DNA of 62,530 bases, the filler included, from Rhabdomonas costata (Eukaryota), in assembly GCA_019059605.1 (NCBI GenBank). It is 36 parts of 36 records of this genome, joined end to end, with 100 filler letters (N's around TTAATTAATTAA, not from the genome) between each part and the next. Parts side by side here need not be neighbours in the genome. Positions count along the whole stretch, not along the records: positions 48,725 to 50,363 come from JAHMHO010011514.1; positions 50,464 to 52,101 come from JAHMHO010011515.1; positions 52,202 to 53,839 come from JAHMHO010011516.1; positions 53,940 to 55,578 come from JAHMHO010011517.1; positions 55,679 to 57,316 come from JAHMHO010011518.1; positions 57,417 to 59,054 come from JAHMHO010011519.1; positions 59,155 to 60,792 come from JAHMHO010011520.1; 29 more parts are not named here. One strand, written 5' to 3'. The notes under the pieces are model-generated. The model was not told the origin of the DNA, searched no databases, and worked only from the letters and a program-made list of their open reading frames with translations. The translations under genes were made by a program, and so were the position numbers. Below are positions 49,119 through 59,812 of the stretch, one piece after another. Numbering within the stretch: the first letter of the stretch is position 1; each line of letters opens with the position of its first letter.

Positions 49119-49941
49119 TTACGCGGAGCCAGGGATTCCACCGCATTAATGCCCCCCCCAATCTCCCCGTCAGCACACTTGCGTCTTTGTGGTCTTGGTG
49201 TGTAGCATCCTGTTGGTGTGCCGTGACTTTCTGACTGCCTGTGCATGGACCTGTGTGTACATCTTAATGGGCTGGTGCTTATCTTTCAGGAGCGGAGGAT
49301 ACACTGTTCCAATCACCAAAACCAACAGGGGAGAGGGTTTCAAAATAAGTACTGCTTTAAGAACGGGATCTTCTCGAAGGACGGTCACCTGCCTGCCTGC
49401 TCACGTTATGTAACAACGCTCAGTAACAACACCCTTGTCTGTGCACGTGATGGTACAAGAGTCCCCCCCCCTCTCGATTTCTAAAGAAGCCTGCGCCTTC
49501 CGTGTACCTTACTTTCCGTCACCATTCCCTCGCCTGCCACCAAACCCTCGCCTGGGCCACTTGTAACTTCGGATGAAGGATATATAGAAAAGCATGCCGT
49601 ATTTTTACCGCGGTTTTTGTTGTAGTTTGGGTGCATTGCCCCTCTGTCGTTCCTGGATCACAGTTGTCGAATGAGGGTGGGGCCGACGCTTGGAATTGAT
49701 TAGGCTGGATTTTTGAAATGAGTAATTGATTTCTCCTGTAACGTTAAGCATATGGGGTGTTGCATCTATGTGATCAGACATGTGAAGAAATCAATTTCTC
49801 AATGTGGCGAACCTATGGGGAGACGGGGTCAGAGGGAGCTTTTGTTCTCAAGAAGGTAGTAGTAGCCTGTGGCCAAGAGGTACGCCTTTGCAGCGGCCAT
49901 GGTTGGCAGGGAGAGTAAGAAGAAAGGCCCGGAATTCCTTT

Positions 49942-50212
49942 TCCTCTTTTTTTGCCAAGGAATCAAGATACTCACATCCCAAGCCGTTTCAGAGGACATT
50001 AAACGGCATGAAGAGGGCTAAGCCGAAGCAGGCCTGGGGTCTTTCGTATATACAACAGGCCTCCTGAAGCGCTGCGTGGCCGGTCCTTGGGGTCAGAATT
50101 CTCTGACCTTTCACCTTCGGCCGATTGTTGTGCCCTTGGGCGGCTCTCTGGTATCCCTTTTGTGCCGCTTCATGCCCCACGCAGCGGAGGGTTAACGACA
50201 GCACCCGCAACG
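49942..50212 (+). repeat. Dispersed repeat family A copy
   Basis: AGAGGGCTAAGCCGAAGCAGGCCTGGGGTCTTTCGTATATACAACAGGCCTCCTGAAGCGCTGCGTGGCCGGTCCTTGGGG..CCCCACGCAGCGGAGGGTTAACGACAGCACCCGCAACG. Confidence 0.88.
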
Positions 50213-50728
50213 TATTTACAAACGCACTCCGAACGGGGCCAGACAATTGGCTTTTGGCCGCCTGAAGCCCACAAACATCATGGTATTACTCGTCGGGAGG
50301 GGGGATCAGGGTCATGGCGCCTGCTCTGTTAGAGCGTTCGGAGAAGCCTCATCTCGTCCACACNNNNNNNNNNNNNNNNNNNNNNNNNNNNNNNNNNNNN
50401 NNNNNNNTTAATTAATTAANNNNNNNNNNNNNNNNNNNNNNNNNNNNNNNNNNNNNNNNNNNNGTGGTGTGTGACCTGCTCAGAAAACAGCGTGTTCGAC
50501 CCCGAGTGGACAGTGAGTAGGCATACTTCGACCACCCGTCGGACTCTTCTGAGAGTGAAATACCGAAGCTCTCATCAAACGCTGGGAATGGCCGACCGTG
50601 AGCAAGCGAGTCCAGGAGGAAAACAAAGAGGGACCGGGTGAGGGAACGTAAAGGTGTGCCGGAGCAAGTGAACGGGTGAGCTTGTGAGTGTGTTTCACAG
50701 CGCCGCGAGAAGGAGGGGAGGGCCTCAC

Positions 50729-50842
50729 CTGCTGCCGGCGAGCAGGCTCCCCGACAAGCATCTTGTCGTCCTTTGCAAAGGCAACCACGGAGGGGGTTGT
50801 CCTTTTGCCCTCGATATTCTCCATCACAATGACCTGCCCACT
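50729..50842 (-). CDS. Hsp70/DnaK-family chaperone (organellar-like), internal exon
   Basis: AG|SGQVIVMENIEGKRTTPSVVAFAKDDKMLVGEPARRQQ|GTGAGG matches EN.EG.RTTPSVVAF....LVG..A.RQ. Confidence 0.92.
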
Positions 50843-52962
50843 CTGAGAATGCGGGGTGCGGGAGGAGAGGATTGGCCATAAGCGATAAAAACAGTTCCAG
50901 AACAGACTTCTCACCACGCTTGAATTGCACCCACTCCGGCTATTTTGCGGCTCTGGAAGTCTGGAGTGCATTTGCACACAACGGACGGGGTGCACCGTCC
51001 CTTGAAAAAGCGAGAATGGCTGTGAGGAAGTCTTGAGCACTTCTTTCCCCACCTGGTTCCTGCCAAATTCAGACCTTCAATCACCCCGTATAGGACCTGG
51101 TTCAGTCGGGGACTGCCAAAAACACCTCTAAGAGCGGCCCTTTGTAAGAAAAGTTGTCTTCTCAACATCCTCTTCCACTTCTCCCTTCTCCCTCCCTCAC
51201 TCGTGATCTCCCTCGTCACTTCGTGGCCTCTCACCCTTTTCATCTCTCTCTCATCTCTCTCTACACTGGATGGTACACCACTGATTTGCTCGACAGTATC
51301 TTATATATTGTTCTAACCTATCTCATATATCTCATAGTTCGTGCCTTTCGCTCGGTTCCCAGTTCCCTGTCTCGTTTGCTGCCTTTCTCCTTTCTCTTTC
51401 CTTTTGCTCACCCCCTCGTGTTTATTTGTGCTCCAGCAGTGTGCCTGCACTGACTCCCTGCAGTGTTGAAATCACCTTCGCTCATTTCTTCTCTCGAAAA
51501 GGGAGCATGAAAGTACATCAATATGCCTACCGAGCCCCCATAAAGGGTATCTGCCGAGCATTTCGTTGCTTTTTACCGTCCTAATCAGAGGCCCAGCTTG
51601 CCAGAGCACCGATATGCTCTAAGCAACTCAACACAGTTCACTTCAAAGGTACCCAACAACTGGAGCAGTGCAAATGCGCCGTAAACAACAGAGTTTCAAA
51701 AATACTTAACAAAACAGACGGAAACCCATTGTTGTAACCTCCGCTTGTAAACAGTTGTTCCTGGGCAAAGGGCACCACGCGGCGGAAAAAAAAGCGTGAG
51801 GCAGAGCAGCTCGGAAAATAGCACAACTCAATTGGGGAACATTAGAAGACAAATGAGCTTAGGCGTTACTTCCTGACTAGTACGCTTGCGAAAGTACCCC
51901 CGGGGAAGGAAAAGTAAAGCGCCCAGGCACGTTTTGTATGTGTCAGACCAGGACTTGTAACTTGTGCATTTTCCCAATTTCAGGTCAGACGAGAGCCCAG
52001 GCCGCGAAAGCAAAACAAAAAATCCAGTGGCGACGTATAATACGGCCAGTGGCGACGTATAATACTGCTGAAGGACCCAAAACGCATGGCCACACCACCC
52101 CNNNNNNNNNNNNNNNNNNNNNNNNNNNNNNNNNNNNNNNNNNNNTTAATTAATTAANNNNNNNNNNNNNNNNNNNNNNNNNNNNNNNNNNNNNNNNNNN
52201 NTTGTTGGTGGATAGGAACGGCATCGTCGAAAGAGTGCTGGGGTTAGTTTATGTTTGTGAAAAGAGCACAGGTGAGACTCTGTTGGACGCATGTAGCGTA
52301 TGGCAGGGCGTCCCTTATTTTGGGCGGGAGCTCCTCCACTGTGCAGACTGGAGGCAGAGGAAGAAAAAGGTCAGCGACGTTCGCAGGTGGAACCCTGTGG
52401 TGCAGAGTTAGCAATCTGGAATTCAGTGGCCCTGGTTCGAAAATCTGCTCGCACAGCTGTTCTGGTCTCCCCAAAATTTTTTGTGGGATTCATCCTGTGG
52501 TTGGTCATGTGGTATGATCATGGTGGCAGCAGTGCCTCCCCCCCCCGGATGCTCCTTCGCATCAGTGCAGCGGTTTGTTTCTAAAATTGTTCCTTCTGCG
52601 TTGAGTGTCGTGTCCAACTCGGGAGCAGAGTGCCTCACCTTTGTCTCTCGAGCCTCCAGAACCTCCTCTGGTGCACCTTCGCACCCGTGAAATGACAACC
52701 AGTCTCGTCCGCGCGATTCAGGCTGGAGACCTTCAACAGGTTTAGCCCCCCTCCCCCGCACTCAGTCCCAGCTGTATGCCTGCATGCCGCTACCCATGCT
52801 TAGGTACAAGTCCTTCGAGCTGAAAGGGCGCAAAGTTGTTTAAGTAGCAAGTTCCGATCGGTTCGTATGATGTAGACACGACATGTGAATAACGCCATTA
52901 TTTTGGACAAGCGTGGAGGTTTTGCCGTTGCTTTTGTGTTTTGCCATTGGCGGGCAAAACAG

Positions 52963-53481
52963 GTGAAGCATTGCATTGAGGTTGAGAAGGCCGACGTGAA
53001 TGAGCCTGACCCCAACGACAGACGGGTCCCAGTGCACTGGTGTGTCACTCGCACACATTGGCTACCCAATGGTAATTGTAAGTGTACTTTTTCGAGATGG
53101 CGTTTTTGCTCTGCAAATGATTCTGAGCGGCGGGCGTCCGGCCGGATGTTTCGCTCAAAATTGGAGGCTTGCTGAGATTCTCGTTGCTGTAGGTGCAGGT
53201 TCCTGCAGATGCTTTATTCCAAAGGCCAGTTGTTTCGAAACGAGGGGTCAGGGATCCTTGGGAATCCTCATAGCTTTAGCGTTAGCTTCAGAGCTTCAGA
53301 GCTCTCCAGCTTCAGGGGATGTCTGCAGAATCATTTTTCTGTGGGAATCAGGGCCATCAGCATGGGACGCGAGGAGATTTTCAACTATCTGCTGACTTAC
53401 GATCCTGACTTGAACGCCGAAGACGAGTCTGGGTACACCCCCTTGATGAGCGCCTGTGCAGGCGGGAGAATGCCGTTCGTG
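52963..53481 (+). CDS. Ankyrin-repeat protein (gankyrin/Nas6-like), two exons (52963-53039, 53352-53481)
   Basis: ADVNEPDPNDRRVPVHW|AISMGREEIFNYLLTYDPDLNAEDESGYTPLMSACAGG. The Trp codon is split TG|G. Confidence 0.82.
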
Positions 53482-54399
53482 GTGCGTGTGTGTGTGCCCA
53501 TGTTCGCCCCGAATGTGTGTCCCGAACATTTTCGCAAAGTTTTTCTTGGTTGATTGAATTCTTGCGGTTGTCCTGTTACGACGCCAAGGTGACCAACACA
53601 GGGGTCCGGTGCATTAGGACCCGAGGACGGGCCGCGCAGCGTTTCGGACTCTGTTATAATATTTATGACTGGCTCAACACTAACGAGGGGGATATGGTTA
53701 AACCTTAGTATATCGTCGACAGGGGAGTGCATAATTTGGGCTCGTTCTGTGAACAAAAGGAGGCCTTGCTGTGTCGCGGAACAGCGGCGGGCCTGGAGAA
53801 GCAGCCTTCACGCAGAGGCTTCCCAGGCGACCTCAACACNNNNNNNNNNNNNNNNNNNNNNNNNNNNNNNNNNNNNNNNNNNNTTAATTAATTAANNNNN
53901 NNNNNNNNNNNNNNNNNNNNNNNNNNNNNNNNNNNNNNNGGGGGTTTGGTACAAGCAACCTTTGCACATACAATATCCGCTTATTCCCGTGTGGATGGAA
54001 GAGACCTTCCGGAGGGTGTCTCAAGTGAAGATACGGATATTGTATGTGCAAAGGTTGCTTGTTCCAAAAAAAACGAAACAAGCAAACGCCAAAAGCAAGT
54101 CTACAAACACAGGGTTGCATAGAGTCCATGGTATGAATTCCGTCCAAATTGATTGCTCATAGCACCTGAAATTGTTCGTAATTTTATTCTGCAAGCTTTT
54201 TCGTAATTTTATTCTGCAAGCAAGAACAAATCGTCGTATTACTCGCGAATTGGGCGTTGCTTCATCCTCTTACTATTCATGAGACGCCTATGCCTACAAT
54301 TACGAAGTTCGTTCTCACTTGCACATGGGACTGGACAGATGGTTTGGATTCCTGAATGTGTGTGTGTGTGTGTGTGTGCTCGCGGTGTTTGTGGTGCAG

Positions 54400-54736
54400 C
54401 AACTGCCGCACGGAAAAAGAGAAGGCGACCGCAGCATCTGCCGAGCCCTCGCCGCAGTCTGACCTGGTGCTTCCGGAGTGGGCTGCCGCCTCGGCCGCGG
54501 CGTATGCTGCCTCTCTGGGGCTTCTCCCAGGAGCAGGTGCCTCCCCGGGCGTCCCTGTGGGTAGCGCTGGCAGCACGGGGGCGATCTCCGTGGACACGAT
54601 GCGTCCCGGGGACTGGATCTGCCCCAACCCACGGTGCAACAACGTGAACTTCGGGTGGAGGCTGTATTGCCACCAGTGTAACACAGCCAAGGCCTCGGAT
54701 GCCTCCTCGAGCTCACGGTTCCACCCCTACCGATAA
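54400..54736 (+). CDS. RanBP2-type zinc-finger protein, terminal exon
   Basis: RPGDWICPNPRCNNVNFGWRLYCHQCNTAK. The exon begins with the tail of a previous finger (NCRTEK) and ends in TAA. Confidence 0.88.
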
Positions 54737-56274
54737 AGGACACTGGCCGCCGGACCTCCGGGGCACAGCAATGCAAACTGCTGCAGAGTGTTGTGTTGTC
54801 ACTTCTTGAGCGAGTTTAATATGCTTTCCGTCGTATCTGAAGCCTCGTGTGGATGGAGGTGAATGGTTGGCGCCTTTTGAAAATCTTTGAGACCAATGCT
54901 TGATGAGCAGAAACGCCTCAATTCGACCGCGTCCGTCAGGCCACGGCTATATGGACAAGGGTTTCGAGGTAATGGAGCTCAGACGGGAATCAAAGTCACC
55001 ATGAGAAAACACAATGTTCAGGATGATAGCGAATGACATAGCTCCTAGCATCAGCCAGGTCAGGTTGTCCCGCCCTTTTGGCTATTTTTATCATTCTTTT
55101 TGGATGCTGTGTCAGGAAGCTGTTACTGGAAAAAACCGGCGCAAGGTAATCCCAAGATCTTTGGTATGTTCGCATCTTCAGGGTTGATGACGATTGAGTC
55201 TTTGTTGACACTATGATTTTTGAAAAAAAAATCATCATGCGTCGGCCCCAAACGCCCAACACCGCACAGACGCAAATCCCGCCGCCACGGCAATACCTTT
55301 CCTGACATCGAGCTAATGTCCGTCAATCCCGCGGGCCCGTCTGCAAGTGCTTCGTCATGCGATGACGTCGTAAAACGCTCCGCCCCGTTTTGTGAAATAT
55401 TCAGAGATGTTCGCTTTCTCTGGCCAAATACCCGCTTATTGCTTCTACCATGCATCTTTTGTACGCCTTTCCCACAAGGCAACCGGAGAAACACAAGGTA
55501 TAGGCATCAACCCCTTCTCCTCTCAACCCACACACACACACACACACACACACACCACCACCCAACCACACCCACCACNNNNNNNNNNNNNNNNNNNNNN
55601 NNNNNNNNNNNNNNNNNNNNNNTTAATTAATTAANNNNNNNNNNNNNNNNNNNNNNNNNNNNNNNNNNNNNNNNNNNNGTGGTTGGGTGAGTATGGCACG
55701 CCGCATGGACTTCTCGCATGTGGGAGGCCCCTGGATTTCGATTGATTCCCTTCCTCAAACGTTTTGAGTTAGAAAAGTATTTGATGAGATGCTGGCGGAA
55801 GGCGAGATGGGAAATATCATCCCCTTGTGCAGGACCTACTGATGCTTTCAGTAATCCTTGCTATTCCCTTACGCCTTCTGTCGGCATGATCTCTTATGAA
55901 GTACGGTACACCGTAAACTCAGAACTGCACCACAACACATGGCTGGATTTGTACCCGACCTCGCGTGGTGGAATTCGCTTGGAAGCAGCACAAACACGGA
56001 ATCAGTCGACAAAAGCATTGCCCCTTCGGCACAGTAGTCCCTTCCAAGCACTCCATATGTCTACTACGTACATAACATGTCCCAGACAACATCATTTCTA
56101 TAGGCTAAAAAGACTTGGACTAGAATGGAATACCATTTTTTACGCAGCATTTTCTGAGCTTCCGGGTGTAACATACCATATCTTCAGCTCTATATCTGTC
56201 GACCCCATTCATAACAAGCTCTTTCTTTGTTCTACTATACCATTGAGCCCCACCATCTCCCGAACTCGGATCGT

Positions 56275-56882
56275 ATGGAGAAGTGGGCCCTGCTTGCAGC
56301 GGTTGTCGTGGGTGCTGCCGCAATGTTTGTGCTTCATGTGGACAAGCTTGGGCTGTGCTTGGGCGTGGCGGTTGGAGTGGCAGCCACCATCGCCCTGCAC
56401 CCGGAACGCAGGGGGCCGCCAAGCACCTTCGCAGAAAAGCTTGCGGAGGCCGAGGTCGGGCTCTCTCTGCAACCCTTCTTCTGGGGTTGCATCTGAAATG
56501 GAAGATTTTTCGGAGTAAAAGTGATCGTAGTGTGTTTGTATTGCTCCCACAAAGGCTGAAACGAAAGGTATGATTCACACCCACTTTGTCGTGGCTGTTA
56601 TCGTGGGGTGAAAGTGGTGGTCGTGGGCAAAAGGAAAGAAGGATCAAGGTCAAGATGATTGGCCCGGATTGCTCCGGAGTATTCACTGCCAGCGTCACCA
56701 GGGCATCTGTGCATCTGTTTTGGTTCCGTTCTTCTTGAAATTCACTCTGTCGTCCGTCGCTTGACGTTCGATTTTGCTCTTTGGTTTCTTTGTCTTTTTC
56801 GCAAAAACGAAAGGCCACGTTGGGGGTCGCCGCGATCCCCCCGGAGAAGGCCAAGGAGGCCGTGAAGCAGCCCGGCGTAATG
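56275..56882 (+). CDS. Rhodanese-like protein with hydrophobic N-terminal extension, two exons (56275-56454, 56814-56882)
   Basis: MEKWALLAAVVVGAAAMFVLHVDKLGLCLGVAVGVAATIALHP..TFAEKLAEAE|ATLGVAAIPPEKAKEAVKQPGVM resembles the start of a rhodanese domain before the DVR motif. Confidence 0.55.
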
Positions 56883-58372
56883 GTACCCCACCCTGTCCTT
56901 CGGTCGTTCCTCTTGTCTTTGCTCTCCTTGTTTATGGTGACTTTTAGTCCTCTTTTGTTTTGGAGCCATTCGTGGGAACTTGGTAAGTACTGGTGAACGG
57001 ACCGCCCTTCCACTTTCTCAAAACCGTGACGGTACTTCGCTCTGTCGCTGGGGCGGTTAATCCTTGAAGGGCATGTATCCCAGTCCTTCCTCGATGTGTC
57101 TGAAATCTACCGTGGGCCTCTCTGCTCCTAAGGGCTCCTTTGTATTGGTTGGTTGCCTGGGGAGTAGATTTCAAATACTACGTGGCGATATACGTCAAAC
57201 CGAAGCACGTACAGTTGTGTCGAGCTGGGCCGGGGCCCCAGGGTTCAGTTTCGTCCTTCGTCGTATAACACCGGTTTATCGTATAAGGGCGTTATACCGT
57301 TTGACCCCACCCACAANNNNNNNNNNNNNNNNNNNNNNNNNNNNNNNNNNNNNNNNNNNNTTAATTAATTAANNNNNNNNNNNNNNNNNNNNNNNNNNNN
57401 NNNNNNNNNNNNNNNNTTTTTGTGTTCAGAGCTTATGTTTTGTTTTTTGGTGGATGGGGTTGGGATGGGGTCGAGGACTTCGCTTCGTCCCAATGTAGTG
57501 TCGCGTCACGAAAATCAGACCCACACACCTGCGGAAGTTAAAACACCAGCTAAACATGTCGCATGCAAAGAGAATGAATATCCCATGTTACGTGAAGCCT
57601 CTGTTGCAGGTATTGAAAACTAAGTCAAATAATGATACGTTTCTTCTGGTTGATTTAACCGAACATACCTGCAGCAAATTGCTGCTACACGCGAATGCGG
57701 ATGATGAGACAGCCCTCAGTTCTTGCTCATACCGAGATCCAGGCCGAACAGTGCTTTATGAGGTGAGACAGACGCACCTGGAGGGACCCCCCCGCCGAAA
57801 TCTTTTTTGAGACAGCAGTAAATTCTATCACCACCGATTGCACCATACTTGGCGTGGCCCAGTAACAAGTAACAGCCGGCACCATTTAGGCCCACCATTG
57901 ACTGTTCGGCGGTGTTCTTTTCGGCGGACATCATATCATCACATCGAGCAACTGACCTTTTGGTCTATTCCGTACCCTGCTCTGCAATACGTTACCTCGG
58001 TGGTGGAGCGAAATCTTAAGTCGAGTGCAGGTTCGAACAGTGGGCTTCGCGTCCTTGTCTTCCCCTGGTGCACTTGTACGTTCCCTATGCTTGCTTCTGG
58101 GAGTTCTGGGTATGCCATTCCCCCAAAAGTGACAAGCGAGCAAGCGATCACCATTTGTTTCTGTGCAGTGGTTCTACATGATGGATCTTAGGTGTTTGAC
58201 GAACAGGCAATGCCACCCCATGGAGCATCCCAATTAATTCGCTTTGGCTCGCATTCCCACTCGTTCGCCAAAAGCCCAGCCGTGACAATTTTTTTATCGC
58301 AAAAGGCAGAAAAGTTTAAAGTTCCCTCCCCAGCTTCTTTGAACTCTCTCCGCCGTTCACTCTCTCGCTCAG

Positions 58373-58460
58373 ATGAGCCCAAGTTTGCCCTCCTGTTCAT
58401 CGTGTTACCCTGCGTGGGTGGAGTTCTTCTTATAGCCTTGATGGCATACATGGCAAACAG
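58373..58460 (+). CDS. Possible exon encoding one transmembrane helix
   Basis: CAG|DEPKFALLFIVLPCVGGVLLIALMAYMANR|GT. Confidence 0.45.
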
Positions 58461-59355
58461 GTGGAGCCCCGAGCGTTTGCTTGCGAAATGCTTAATGCAC
58501 TTCGACCTTTTTGTTGTGGTGGTCCGCTTGCTTGCTTGATGGAGTGATGGAGTGTGCACCCACAAGTGCTTGGCAGCGTTTGTTGCTGTCCCATGCGCCA
58601 ACATCCCTTCATTGGTATGCTTTTTTCACATGCAGTACACAAAAAAGAGAGCCTGCGGAGGGTCAAGGTGAACTGCGCCCTCCACAAGACAGGACTTCAG
58701 AACATCCCCCCGCCCCACAGAAGCAGACAGCGCAACCGGTTGGTTCGGCTTGACTTGGGGGTGATGCAATGACCGTATGAATGGAGTGGTATTCTCTTTG
58801 TCACAATTGGGAAAATCAGTAGAGGCTCCTGCCGTCTTGGGAAGGTTCTGGTTCGATTGACAAGGGAGAATCTCCGGTGGCACTGAAGGCGTGCTTTTCT
58901 TTCTCAACCCACATGGTTTAGCATTTTCTTCTTTGGCATGCTTTTCTTTCTTTCTCAGACATATGAAGAATATGCTAAACCATGTGGGTTGAGAAAGAAA
59001 AGCACGCCTTCAGTGCCACCGGAGATTCTCCCTTGTCAATCGAACCAAAACCCCNNNNNNNNNNNNNNNNNNNNNNNNNNNNNNNNNNNNNNNNNNNNTT
59101 AATTAATTAANNNNNNNNNNNNNNNNNNNNNNNNNNNNNNNNNNNNNNNNNNNNGGTGGTGTTGATGCAGAACTAAACCGCAACCTGTTATTATGGCCAA
59201 AATAACAGGTTGCGGTTTAGTTCTGCATCAACCACTCCCTGTGAAAACTATCTCTACATCGGGTAATAATTGATTGCTCCTGTCCCTGGACCCGTGGGAT
59301 TTCCAGAGTTGCATCGCACCATCCATATCGTGTCACCCATGTTCCAAAGTCCCAG

Positions 59356-59812
59356 AAGAAAAGGGGGGCTGTCCGGCTGGTACGTTTCCCTGTTGTGGTG
59401 GTGTGAGCAGCTATTATATTCCGGAAATTTTGCGAACGCATTGAACCGCAATCTCCCATTGTCTCGTGTATGGGGATTTCCACCCCTCCTACTCATGAAT
59501 GCTCATGCGGAAAGCCGCGACTCCGTGGCAGCAGAGGCTGTTTTCTGTGTTTCTGCAGCGGAGCTCATGCTAAAGCTGCTGTCCGAGAGCCACTGGCTGC
59601 TCTACGTGGGCCACCTTGTGGGCCTTGCTCGGATCTTTCTCCAGGACGTCCCCATGATTGTCATTGCCGCCTTGGCGGTGCGGAAGCTGGCGGCGCCGGG
59701 GCTGGCCATTTTCAGCCTGGCCGCCTCTGCGGTGTCGATTTTGATGACAATTTTTATGTTGCTGTGGTACTACGTCAACTTCTCCAGAACCTACGACCCA
59801 AGGCTACCCTAA
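59356..59812 (+). CDS. Multi-pass membrane protein C-terminus (exons ~59356-59465 and 59559-59812)
   Basis: A 93-nt in-frame GTGTAT..GCAG intron. LARIFLQDVPMIVI resembles the LED.P..I motif of XK-related-like membrane proteins. Ends in TAA. The 5' exon boundary is uncertain. Confidence 0.55.

Noticed and set aside
52024-54221. Short tandem duplications (22 bp at 52024-52065, 25 bp at 54175-54221)
   Set aside because: Two-copy local duplications with no spacer structure, consistent with ordinary slippage or assembly noise.
55718-57013. Long ORFs 55718-56518 (+) and 56120-57013 (-) as genes
   Set aside because: No motifs, and they overlap the better-supported spliced rhodanese-like gene in other frames. 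They are likely shadow ORFs, as are most ORFs in the track.
17906-59558. Euglenid nonconventional (non-GT/GC-AG) introns
   Set aside because: Every intron I could bracket with conserved protein on both sides has GT-AG or GC-AG ends. None required a nonconventional boundary, although my method favours canonical ones.
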